A stretch of 64,000 nucleotides of DNA from a bacterium (GCA_965205865.1 CBDBHR010000027.1:170923-234922); one strand, 5' to 3'; shown: positions 52,334-63,175, counted from the first letter of the stretch. Notes: generated from the letters alone by a model not told the origin. Numbers and translations are program-made.

Positions 52334-53487
52334 ATGATCGTCTACGTCAAACACCAGGGAGCGATCATTTCCCGCAGGGGCACACCCTGCAGGTCCGCAA
52401 GGACCATGCGCTGTGCCAGACCATTTTTGTCCACCGTCTGCAACAATTGGTGATCCTGGGCAATGCCATGCTGACGCTTTCGGCCATCAATCTGCTCTGT
52501 CGGGAAAAAATCGACACGATCTTCCTCACCCTCAACGGCCGCTACAAGGGGCGTCTGGAAACCGAAGAGAGCAAGAACGTCTTTCTGACCAAGAAGCAGT
52601 TCGATTCCCTGACCGACCCGAGCTTCGGGCTCAAGTTCGCCCGGGCAATCGTGGCAGGCAAGCTCAGCAACATGGCCACTCTCTTAGGGCGCATCAAAAG
52701 ACGCAACAAACACCTGCGTTCCCAGGACTTTGACAAGCAGGTCAACGCCATCCGTCTCCTGCTCCCGAAGGTGGCCTGCGCTGACAGCCTGGAATCCCTG
52801 CGAGGTTTCGAAGGGCATGGCACCGCCACCTTTTACCAGGGCTTTCGCAACGGATTCAAGCAGGACTGGAATTTCCGCAAGCGCATCCGACGTCCGCCCA
52901 CCGATCCAGTCAATTCCATCCTGTCTTTCCTCTACACGCTGCTGTTCAACCGGGTGTATGCAGCAGTGCGGGTAGCAGGTCTCTATCCGGCGGTGGGCTA
53001 CCTGCACTCACTGGATTACGGACGCTATTCTCTGGTATTGGACTTGATGGAGGAATTTCGCTCCATTGTCGTGGAAACTTGCGTGCTGAGTCTCTTCAAT
53101 CTCAACATTTTGAAAAATGACAGCTTCTATTACGAGGAGTTGCCGGAAGCAGAACCGGAAGTGATGACACGCTCCAGGGTAACCAGAGACAGCATCGGCT
53201 ACATTTTCGAGAACACCGATGACGGCTATTTCGATGCCGCGGAGCAAAAGGTGGAGGAAACCATGCCTTTGGATCATGAACCGACCGAAAAGCGCCCCTG
53301 CCGCCTCCGGCCGGATGCCTTGAAAGCGGTTTTGGAATCCTTTGAAGACAAACTGGAAACAGAATTCTTATATGCTCCCACCAATGACAGATTGACCTAC
53401 GCCGAAGTTTTCGTGGCCCAGGCTCAGCAGTTCCGGCATTTCCTGGAAGGTACCCGCTCCACCTACCAACCTCTGCAAATGAAGTAA
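52334..53487 (+). pseudogene. cas1: Cas1 with a frameshift near codon 15-16
   Basis: ATG 52334 reads MIVYVKHQGAIISRRG, a Cas1-like N-terminus, then goes out of frame; the body (LRGFEG, RRPPTDPVNSILSFLY, GYLH, DLMEEFR) is in the -1 frame. Confidence 0.85.
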
Positions 53488-53489
53488 TC

Positions 53490-53774
53490 ATGGAACGCCA
53501 ACTAATCATTACCTATGACGTCAGCAACGACAAATTGAGAACTGGCGTCCACAAATTCTTACGACAATATGGCGTCAACTCGCAAAAATCCGTCTTTGAG
53601 ATGATTGTGGATGACGTGGAATATCGGAAAATCCTTGATTTCCTGGACGGTTGTCTGCCCCAGGATGAAAACGATTCGGCGCGCATCTATCACCTCTGCA
53701 AACCCTGCGCCCGTCATATTTCACGACTAGGCGATGGCCTGGATCTCAATGTGCTGGCTTTTGAAATCATTTGA
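53490..53774 (+). CDS. cas2: Cas2
   Basis: ITYDV, YG..SQKSVFE, DSARIYHLCKPC. Confidence 0.92.
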   Translation: MERQLIITYDVSNDKLRTGVHKFLRQYGVNSQKSVFEMIVDDVEYRKILDFLDGCLPQDENDSARIYHLCKPCARHISRLGDGLDLNVLAFEII

Positions 53775-53783
53775 AAATAGAAA

Positions 53784-54068
53784 ATGGAACACGTTTATTT
53801 GATCGCCTACGACATTGCTGATGATAGAAGATTGCACCGCATCGCCAAACTGATGGAGGGCTATGGCGTTCGGGTCCAGAAATCCATCTTCGAGTCCGCC
53901 CTTTCGGAAACCGAATTGAAAGAACTGAAATGGAGAACCTTGCAGTTGCTTGATCCGGTGGAAGACGGGGTCAAATTTTTCAAGCTCTGTGAACGTTGTC
54001 AACAAAAAACCGGCGTGATCGGCAAAGGTGGGCATACGGATTTGCTCAAACGTCTGCTGATTGTATAA
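53784..54068 (+). CDS. cas2: Cas2 (second, divergent paralog)
   Basis: IAYDIADDRRL, YGVRVQKSIFE, DGVKFFKLCERC. Confidence 0.93.
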   Translation: MEHVYLIAYDIADDRRLHRIAKLMEGYGVRVQKSIFESALSETELKELKWRTLQLLDPVEDGVKFFKLCERCQQKTGVIGKGGHTDLLKRLLIV

Positions 54069-54306
54069 TGCCTCGCGATCTTTTCCGCCAACCTCCGAGG
54101 AATTTTTGTAGGTTTTTCTATCCTATTGAAATGATTGACTGTTCATGATTCTATCTTTCCGAGGTTGGCGGACGTGAAAAAGTCAATGATTTCAATAAAT
54201 TAAAAACAGGAAAGGAGATAACCATGCTCAATCATGAAAAAAACCGGAAAGGTTGGCGTTTTGCCAGATTATTTTCCTTTAATAACAAATGGTTGCAGGG
54301 AGCGGC
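54069..54306 (+). promoter_or_regulatory. CRISPR leader
   Basis: AT-rich non-coding region between cas2 and the first repeat; inverted repeat TCCGCCAACCTC (54084-54095)/GAGGTTGGCGGA (54161-54172). Confidence 0.8.
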
Positions 54307-56915
54307 GAGTGAATTGACCTGATTTGAGAAGGGATTACGACTCGCAGATAAACTGCATGATGTTGCACCATTTCCGGCGCAAGAGTGAATTGACCTGATT
54401 TGAGAAGGGATTACGACATTTCTCAAACACCGCTTGATACCTCTTTTCCTTTTCTGGAGTGAATTGACCTGATTTGAGAAGGGATTACGACTTTTTTTAC
54501 GAAACGATTGTTTGCTTTTCCCTTTGAGTTTGAGTGAATTGACCTGATTTGAGAAGGGATTACGACAAACTCTTTTTGTGACTTATTCATTTTTCTCCTC
54601 TCCCAAGAGTGAATTGACCTGATTTGAGAAGGGATTACGACATAGGAAGATTCCTTGATGGATTCGTATCGGGCTGATGAGTGAATTGACCTGATTTGAG
54701 AAGGGATTACGACTTTTCTCTTTCCATCGTCTTTCTTAACTTTATTTGCGGCTGAGTGAATTGACCTGATTTGAGAAGGGATTACGACACCAATGCCTCG
54801 GAACCGTTTTTCAACCGAAGAGTCATAGAGTGAATTGACCTGATTTGAGAAGGGATTACGACGATAAGGTCAACGCTTTCATCCGTCTGATACTCCCGGA
54901 GTGAATTGACCTGATTTGAGAAGGGATTACGACTTCGGTTGCACATATTTGTCCTTTCTCTCTTTTCATTGAGAGTGAATTGACCTGATTTGAGAAGGGA
55001 TTACGACTTCGTTTAGTTTGCCTTTCCTCATAGATTTCTCTTTTCTGGAGTGAATTGACCTGATTTGAGAAGGGATTACGACATGTATCCTTTATGCCTC
55101 CGTATGAATCGGATGAGTTCCCGGAGTGAATTGACCTGATTTGAGAAGGGATTACGACAAGTTCCTTTCCCATGATGTCTGCAAAACATTTCTCGAGTGA
55201 ATTGACCTGATTTGAGAAGGGATTACGACATTCCTTAGGGACATCGGTATTCTCCAGGGTCGGTCGGGAGTGAATTGACCTGATTTGAGAAGGGATTACG
55301 ACCAGACGAGCGTTAATCTTTCAGTTGTGGAGAAACACAAGAGTGAATTGACCTGATTTGAGAAGGGATTACGACATTATTTCTAATTATTCTTCCCTTC
55401 GATTTGCGCACATGGAGTGAATTGACCTGATTTGAGAAGGGATTACGACTTGTTTATACAGTAGTCTATGAATATTGCGGCGGTTGGCATGAGTGAATTG
55501 ACCTGATTTGAGAAGGGATTACGACTTTAATTGTACCTTTCATCACTGCTCCGGTTAGACGAGTGAATTGACCTGATTTGAGAAGGGATTACGACTTGAA
55601 TTTATCATATTGTGTTTAGTCCAGTAGGTTGCTGTGAGTGAATTGACCTGATTTGAGAAGGGATTACGACCTTATTGCCCCTCGATGCCTCCCTGAATTC
55701 CTTCAAATGAGTGAATTGACCTGATTTGAGAAGGGATTACGACTCCTTCTTGTCCGGGTTGCAACGGCACTTCACCGGAGCCCAGAGTGAATTGACCTGA
55801 TTTGAGAAGGGATTACGACATTTTTCCTTCTCGATTCGGGTTATCTTATTGTTTAAACGAGTGAATTGACCTGATTTGAGAAGGGATTACGACAATGTTT
55901 TTCGGTTGAGTCTTGCTGTCCAGTGCAATTCGAGTGAATTGACCTGATTTGAGAAGGGATTACGACGTTTCGATTAGCTCCTCGATTTCATTAATTTCTA
56001 ATTCGAGTGAATTGACCTGATTTGAGAAGGGATTACGACTTGACCAGCAAGGACGCTATCCTTTACCAGAAATCAGGAGAGTGAATTGACCTGATTTGAG
56101 AAGGGATTACGACTTGAATTTTCATTCTTCCCTTTCTCATCGGGCCCCATTGAGTGAATTGACCTGATTTGAGAAGGGATTACGACTTCACCAAAAGTAA
56201 TTTCCATGTCTCTCTCCTTAATTAAGAGTGAATTGACCTGATTTGAGAAGGGATTACGACTTTACTTTACGCATTTCTGCAAAAGCTTCTCCTGCTTGAG
56301 TGAATTGACCTGATTTGAGAAGGGATTACGACGAGGAGTGAAGTCTTTGATGCTGCACTGATAGATGCGAGTGAATTGACCTGATTTGAGAAGGGATTAC
56401 GACAGGTGTCGAGTTGTGTTGAGTTAAGTTTAGAATGGCTTGAGTGAATTGACCTGATTTGAGAAGGGATTACGACATTGTTCTCCTTGGGTTAATTGTC
56501 TTTAATAACTAAAGAGTGAATTGACCTGATTTGAGAAGGGATTACGACTTCTGTTGGCCATACATGTGATCCGTCTGGCATGTTTCCAGAGTGAATTGAC
56601 CTGATTTGAGAAGGGATTACGACACCATATTTTTCCGTTTTCATCTTCATATGCAGTGCGCGAGTGAATTGACCTGATTTGAGAAGGGATTACGACTTGA
56701 ACTTCTTCAGAGGCTACGAGCTCATTCATCCGAGGAGTGAATTGACCTGATTTGAGAAGGGATTACGACTCATTTCCTCCATACGGGCATTGTAAGGCAC
56801 TTCGGGGAGTGAATTGACCTGATTTGAGAAGGGATTACGACTTGAATTGTTGGTTTGTAGCCAAAGAGAAATTAGCTACTGAGTGAATTGACCTGATTTG
56901 AGAAGGGATTACGAC
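54307..56915 (+). CRISPR. CRISPR array: 36 copies of the 35-bp repeat GAGTGAATTGACCTGATTTGAGAAGGGATTACGAC, 35 spacers of about 35-41 bp
   Basis: Counted by eye; the 3' ATTACGAC 8-nt tag and leader position give + orientation; truncated by the inversion junction. Confidence 0.98.
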
Positions 56916-56919
56916 ATTG

Positions 56920-57681
56920 TCAAATCAGGTCAATTCACTCCAGAAAAGAGAAATCTATGAGGAAAGGCAAACTAAACGAAGTCGTAATCCCTTCTCAAAT
57001 CAGGTCAATTCACTCTCAATGAAAAGAGAGAAAGGACAAATATGTGCAACCGAAGTCGTAATCCCTTCTCAAATCAGGTCAATTCACTCCGGGAGTATCA
57101 GACGGATGAAAGCGTTGACCTTATCGTCGTAATCCCTTCTCAAATCAGGTCAATTCACTCTATGACTCTTCGGTTGAAAAACGGTTCCGAGGCATTGGTG
57201 TCGTAATCCCTTCTCAAATCAGGTCAATTCACTCAGCCGCAAATAAAGTTAAGAAAGACGATGGAAAGAGAAAAGTCGTAATCCCTTCTCAAATCAGGTC
57301 AATTCACTCATCAGCCCGATACGAATCCATCAAGGAATCTTCCTATGTCGTAATCCCTTCTCAAATCAGGTCAATTCACTCTTGGGAGAGGAGAAAAATG
57401 AATAAGTCACAAAAAGAGTTTGTCGTAATCCCTTCTCAAATCAGGTCAATTCACTCAAACTCAAAGGGAAAAGCAAACAATCGTTTCGTAAAAAAAGTCG
57501 TAATCCCTTCTCAAATCAGGTCAATTCACTCCAGAAAAGGAAAAGAGGTATCAAGCGGTGTTTGAGAAATGTCGTAATCCCTTCTCAAATCAGGTCAATT
57601 CACTCTTGCGCCGGAAATGGTGCAACATCATGCAGTTTATCTGCGAGTCGTAATCCCTTCTCAAATCAGGTCAATTCACTC
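56920..57681 (-). CRISPR. Inverted copy of the array start: 10 full repeats, 1 partial repeat, spacers 1-10
   Basis: Spacers are reverse complements of spacers 1-10 of the forward array. Confidence 0.95.
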
Positions 57682-57919
57682 GCCGCTCCCTGCAACCATT
57701 TGTTATTAAAGGAAAATAATCTGGCAAAACGCCAACCTTTCCGGTTTTTTTCATGATTGAGCATGGTTATCTCCTTTCCTGTTTTTAATTTATTGAAATC
57801 ATTGACTTTTTCACGTCCGCCAACCTCGGAAAGATAGAATCATGAACAGTCAATCATTTCAATAGGATAGAAAAACCTACAAAAATTCCTCGGAGGTTGG
57901 CGGAAAAGATCGCGAGGCA

Positions 57920-58204
57920 TTATACAATCAGCAGACGTTTGAGCAAATCCGTATGCCCACCTTTGCCGATCACGCCGGTTTTTTGTTGACAACGTTCACA
58001 GAGCTTGAAAAATTTGACCCCGTCTTCCACCGGATCAAGCAACTGCAAGGTTCTCCATTTCAGTTCTTTCAATTCGGTTTCCGAAAGGGCGGACTCGAAG
58101 ATGGATTTCTGGACCCGAACGCCATAGCCCTCCATCAGTTTGGCGATGCGGTGCAATCTTCTATCATCAGCAATGTCGTAGGCGATCAAATAAACGTGTT
58201 CCAT
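57920..58204 (-). CDS. cas2: Cas2 (duplicate of 53784-54068)
   Basis: Identical translation. Confidence 0.85.
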   Translation of the reverse strand: MEHVYLIAYDIADDRRLHRIAKLMEGYGVRVQKSIFESALSETELKELKWRTLQLLDPVEDGVKFFKLCERCQQKTGVIGKGGHTDLLKRLLIV

Positions 58205-58213
58205 TTTCTATTT

Positions 58214-58498
58214 TCAAATGATTTCAAAAGCCAGCACATTGAGATCCAGGCCATCGCCTAGTCGTGAAATATGACGGGCGCAGGGTTTGCAGAGGTGATA
58301 GATGCGCGCCGAATCGTTTTCATCCTGGGGCAGACAACCGTCCAGGAAATCAAGGATTTTCCGATATTCCACGTCATCCACAATCATCTCAAAGACGGAT
58401 TTTTGCGAGTTGACGCCATATTGTCGTAAGAATTTGTGGACGCCAGTTCTCAATTTGTCGTTGCTGACGTCATAGGTAATGATTAGTTGGCGTTCCAT
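58214..58498 (-). CDS. cas2: Cas2 (duplicate of 53490-53774)
   Basis: Identical translation. Confidence 0.85.
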   Translation of the reverse strand: MERQLIITYDVSNDKLRTGVHKFLRQYGVNSQKSVFEMIVDDVEYRKILDFLDGCLPQDENDSARIYHLCKPCARHISRLGDGLDLNVLAFEII

Positions 58499-58500
58499 GA

Positions 58501-59654
58501 TTACTTCATTTGCAGAGGTTGGTAGGTGGAGCGGGTACCTTCCAGGAAATGCCGGAACTGCTGAGCCTGGGCCACGAAAACTTCGGCGTAGGTCAATCTG
58601 TCATTGGTGGGAGCATATAAGAATTCTGTTTCCAGTTTGTCTTCAAAGGATTCCAAAACCGCTTTCAAGGCATCCGGCCGGAGGCGGCAGGGGCGCTTTT
58701 CGGTCGGTTCATGATCCAAAGGCATGGTTTCCTCCACCTTTTGCTCCGCGGCATCGAAATAGCCGTCATCGGTGTTCTCGAAAATGTAGCCGATGCTGTC
58801 TCTGGTTACCCTGGAGCGTGTCATCACTTCCGGTTCTGCTTCCGGCAACTCCTCGTAATAGAAGCTGTCATTTTTCAAAATGTTGAGATTGAAGAGACTC
58901 AGCACGCAAGTTTCCACGACAATGGAGCGAAATTCCTCCATCAAGTCCAATACCAGAGAATAGCGTCCGTAATCCAGTGAGTGCAGGTAGCCCACCGCCG
59001 GATAGAGACCTGCTACCCGCACTGCTGCATACACCCGGTTGAACAGCAGCGTGTAGAGGAAAGACAGGATGGAATTGACTGGATCGGTGGGCGGACGTCG
59101 GATGCGCTTGCGGAAATTCCAGTCCTGCTTGAATCCGTTGCGAAAGCCCTGGTAAAAGGTGGCGGTGCCATGCCCTTCGAAACCTCGCAGGGATTCCAGG
59201 CTGTCAGCGCAGGCCACCTTCGGGAGCAGGAGACGGATGGCGTTGACCTGCTTGTCAAAGTCCTGGGAACGCAGGTGTTTGTTGCGTCTTTTGATGCGCC
59301 CTAAGAGAGTGGCCATGTTGCTGAGCTTGCCTGCCACGATTGCCCGGGCGAACTTGAGCCCGAAGCTCGGGTCGGTCAGGGAATCGAACTGCTTCTTGGT
59401 CAGAAAGACGTTCTTGCTCTCTTCGGTTTCCAGACGCCCCTTGTAGCGGCCGTTGAGGGTGAGGAAGATCGTGTCGATTTTTTCCCGACAGAGCAGATTG
59501 ATGGCCGAAAGCGTCAGCATGGCATTGCCCAGGATCACCAATTGTTGCAGACGGTGGACAAAAATGGTCTGGCACAGCGCATGGTCCTTGCGGACCTGCA
59601 GGGTGTGCCCCTGCGGGAAATGATCGCTCCCTGGTGTTTGACGTAGACGATCAT
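58501..59654 (-). pseudogene. cas1: Cas1 duplicate with the same N-terminal frameshift
   Basis: Identical translation and the same TTTCCCGCAGGGGCAC site as the forward copy. Confidence 0.8.
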
Positions 59655-59672
59655 AAGACAAAGACTCCTCAA

Positions 59673-60993
59673 TTACGGATGAAAATCGAGAGTTCGTGGA
59701 AATTGTTCAGGAAATTCAAATATGTATTTTGATGGAATCAACAAACGCAGCGCCTCCCGGATGAACCCTGTCAGTACTTTATTTGTAGCTTCGTAGTCCT
59801 CTCCGGAAATCGGGGTGAAGCCGTGGGCGAGAAAGGAATGATTTCTACCGGTCAATGCGTTACGAACCTTTTGAAGATTTTTCTGGTAGTGCTGCCCTAA
59901 AGGGTCTTGTAAATCTTCCAGCAATTTATAGCTTTTGTCCAAACCCAGTTCGATCTTATCGGTTGTGGGAGAACGATATTGGTTGTATTTTTCATGCAAC
60001 TTGTCCGGAATGCATTGCAGATCCACCTCCCCGGTTTTGACTCCATATTTATATGCCAATCTCATCTGCGCCAGCAATTCCACGGCCCGGTAAATCCGGG
60101 CAATTCCATCGTCGAAACGTTTCTGTGCTTTGCAGCGTTCCTCGTTGAGCAGCAAATCGAGGATCAACTCATACCCATGTCCTTTGGTTCCTCCTTTTGC
60201 TTCAAAGGGCATGTCGATTTGCCTGCGGCTGTGGATGACCTGCCTGAGGAATATTCCATAAGATTGGATCTCTGAAGAGCGCATATAAGGTTCTAACAGG
60301 TGCAGGGCCTCAATGTGTTGGAAACGGTCCCAGCATTCAAATGCCGCAAAGCAATCCCTGCGTTTATGCAATTTCTGTTTGAGTTCCGGAATTAGTTCCA
60401 TTCCTCGCAGCAGACCTTGCAGCTCGTTTACAGCAGCAGCGTAATTGTAGTTTTCCAATAATAAAGGAAGTGTTTGCTCGCATTTTCGCTGGGCGATGAT
60501 TGCAGAAACAGGCACTCTTTCAGTAAATTCACCATGTTCAACTTTTATTATGTTATCTCGGGTAGAACGGGTGGTGATGTAGAGTGGAATGCCTTGATCC
60601 ATGCTAAGCATCGCCAGTGCCATCGACATGGTTTTGGTGCCCCCTGTGTAATCAGCCATGAATTGGTAGTCGCCAGGCATCCGCCGCAATTGGTGAATCT
60701 TTTCATTAAGCGCCTCGTAGCACTCTTGGAAATCGTCGGGGTTCCGGACCTCCAGAACATCCTGGTCCGGATTGAATTGCTCTCCCCATTTGCAGTTGTG
60801 TCGGGATATTGGGAAGCTTTTTTACTATCTCGGAACCTTTCCGTTGCTCACAAGGTTTACCTTTCCCGATAACCTGGGAATGGCTTCCGGTGGAACAGAA
60901 AAAAACAGTTCGCTCTGGCTTAAGGGACTCAATGGCTTTGACGATAGGTTGGTATGAACCTCCCACGCTGACAAAAAGGATTTTTTGCATCAT
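59673..60993 (-). pseudogene. CARF-HEPN duplicate with an extra G that frameshifts it
   Basis: G4 instead of G3 at 60784-60787 splits the ORF into 60706-61089 and 59673-60689. Confidence 0.8.
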
Positions 60994-61012
60994 TTGACTC
61001 CAGTGGAGATCA

Positions 61013-63175
61013 TCAGGTTTTATTGAAAATTTCCAGAATCTCTTCTTCGGCTTTGAGAATGAGTTTTTTGGAGATGCTATGTGAAACAAATGCCGCGCGG
61101 AAACTATTGCGGACCAATTGGAGAATTTCCCAGGCGCTCAAGCCTCCGGGTGTGAGCCGGGCCGCCCGGTGAAGTTCGTTAGTGAAATCAGTGCGAGAAA
61201 TGCCAGGATTGTCCGTATTGACGGTGACTTTCAAGCCTTTCTCCAGATATTCTTTCAAAGGATATTTTGCCGTACTGATGGATTCTGGCACATAGTTGTC
61301 CCGGAATCCGACAATCTGAAAATTACTGGAAGGGCACATCTCCAGGGTAATCCTCCGGTCTATGAAACGTTGAAGCAACTCCGGCTTATTTTTTAGAGTG
61401 AGTCCATGTCCAATGCGGTCCGCACCTAGAAGATACACCGCTTCCCAAACGCTGGTGGCATCGTCGGTCTCACCAGCATGAATGGTCAATCTTGCGCAGC
61501 GTTGCAGCAAAGGCATGAAGGCGCTCCTCATTTCTGCAGCCTTGCGGAATTCCTCATTTCCCGCCAGATCAAAGCCAATTAAAAAAGACTCATCCGAGGA
61601 GTGGCTTTCCTGCTTCCAGATCTCCTCTGCCAGTTCGATATGCTGGTAGACTGTACTCATCTTTCCATGGCGGCTGGCCATGAACAACAATCTGGTTGTC
61701 AATCTGTCCTTATATTGCTGGCAAACTTCCTGAATGGCCCCAACCACTTCGATTGCTTCCAACCCACCATGCGTATAATTCACAGGCGAGCAACGAATTT
61801 CCAAATAGCGTACTCGATGTTGACAGGCTTTTTCCAGCAGGAGCCGACAGGCCATTTGAATGGCTACTCTGGTTTGCAAGAGGGCCGAACCTTGCAAATC
61901 TCCCAATGCTTCATAGCGATCAATGCCAATATTGAAAAAATTCTTTTCCTCCTGAAAAGGGCCAAAGATCACGGCATCCAACAACTCCGGGGACTCCGAG
62001 AAAAGCAGGATAAACGCCGAGACGCAAACATATCCGGGCACACCTTTCACTGACTGTCTGATTACTTTGAGAACGCTGGATTCTTTCACCCTCATTTGTT
62101 TTTCCAGGCGATCCCGAATTCCACCGGCATTACCTTGCCGCACCAAAGGCTCCCATTCCTGACGCCAGGCTTGCAAAGCCTTGTGATACTTCGTTAAATG
62201 CATCTCATGGGCGCGAGCAATCGCGATCATGTCTTCAGCACTGGCAGCACCTCCGAAGTGACAGTGCAACTCCGCTTTGGGAAGCTGATGAAGCCACTCC
62301 CGTTCATCCCGTTTTTTCTCCGGGGACACTCCAAATTTTTGTTCTTTCAGGGCTTGAATCTGCTGCGGGGGAAGATGATATAAGGCCAGGAAGTTGGATG
62401 CCGGGGATTCCTGTCGAAGCTGGCGGGAATGGTTGACAAAGACATATTGCGATTCTTTCTGCATTTGATTGACGTGTTCCCCCAATTCGGTTTGAGGCGG
62501 GACCGAGACAAGGCCGTTTTCAGGACATTCCGGCAGCGGAAATCGCTCATGGATCCCTGCAACAGGATACTGGTAACTAAGGACGATGCTTTTCGGATAT
62601 TGACCACCTACCACGACCGGCATAAAAATCGAGGCCCATTGTTCCGGGAAAGGCGTTAGAAAATATGACGGTTCCGGCCTGCGCAGGGCTTGCGGGATGG
62701 TTTCCTGGTCAATGACGTGCAGTAGAGCATGGCATCCAAAAAACAAGGCCGCTTGCTGCATGTCGGCACTCATAGTCTTACGACCTCCTGTCAGGGAAAG
62801 CAGGACCTGCCCCTCACCAACCCGAGCTTGAGCCTGTAGCACCACACGCAGAATCAACTCCTTCATCCACCGGCATTCCTGCGGGCTGCTCAGATGATCC
62901 GTGCTTTCTGCCTGGAAGATACGGAGAGGAGGCATCAAGCCCAGTGCCTGATGCCAGGATTGCAGCGTCGCTATGCTTTGAGCCGCCTGTGATCCTCCGG
63001 TCGTCACAATCCAAATCTCATCCACCGACTGGATGTCATAATTTTCCCGGTCGGTAACAATCTTTTCAGCTTCCGGGTGATGCGCATACAAATCAAGCTG
63101 TTGCGGATTGCTGAAACCCAGCAGTTCCGGCACTATCGCCCAAGACATGCCCAAGGTGGTGAGGAGGAGGTTCAT
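61013..63175 (-). CDS. cad1: CARF-adenosine deaminase (duplicate of 48814-50976)
   Basis: Identical 720-aa translation. Confidence 0.85.
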   Translation of the reverse strand: MNLLLTTLGMSWAIVPELLGFSNPQQLDLYAHHPEAEKIVTDRENYDIQSVDEIWIVTTGGSQAAQSIATLQSWHQALGLMPPLRIFQAESTDHLSSPQECRWMKELILRVVLQAQARVGEGQVLLSLTGGRKTMSADMQQAALFFGCHALLHVIDQETIPQALRRPEPSYFLTPFPEQWASIFMPVVVGGQYPKSIVLSYQYPVAGIHERFPLPECPENGLVSVPPQTELGEHVNQMQKESQYVFVNHSRQLRQESPASNFLALYHLPPQQIQALKEQKFGVSPEKKRDEREWLHQLPKAELHCHFGGAASAEDMIAIARAHEMHLTKYHKALQAWRQEWEPLVRQGNAGGIRDRLEKQMRVKESSVLKVIRQSVKGVPGYVCVSAFILLFSESPELLDAVIFGPFQEEKNFFNIGIDRYEALGDLQGSALLQTRVAIQMACRLLLEKACQHRVRYLEIRCSPVNYTHGGLEAIEVVGAIQEVCQQYKDRLTTRLLFMASRHGKMSTVYQHIELAEEIWKQESHSSDESFLIGFDLAGNEEFRKAAEMRSAFMPLLQRCARLTIHAGETDDATSVWEAVYLLGADRIGHGLTLKNKPELLQRFIDRRITLEMCPSSNFQIVGFRDNYVPESISTAKYPLKEYLEKGLKVTVNTDNPGISRTDFTNELHRAARLTPGGLSAWEILQLVRNSFRAAFVSHSISKKLILKAEEEILEIFNKT

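Noticed and set aside
52327-53487. RT-Cas1 or Cas4-Cas1 fusion explaining the spacer bias
   Set aside because: No YADD-type or RecB/Fe-S motifs are present, and the length is explained by an acidic insertion.
56187-56225. Spacer 26 resembles the pepA start (CAAAAGTAATTTCCAT versus CAAATGTAATTTCCAT at 23658-23673), suggesting self-targeting or gene regulation
   Set aside because: Only 15/16 nt of a 39-nt spacer match, in AT-rich start-codon context, and the rest diverges; likely chance. The same applies to an 11-nt match of spacer 25 to the gene start at 22145.
54232-57756. ORFs containing VVIPSQIRSIHS/RNPFSNQVNSL repeats
   Set aside because: They are translations of CRISPR repeats.
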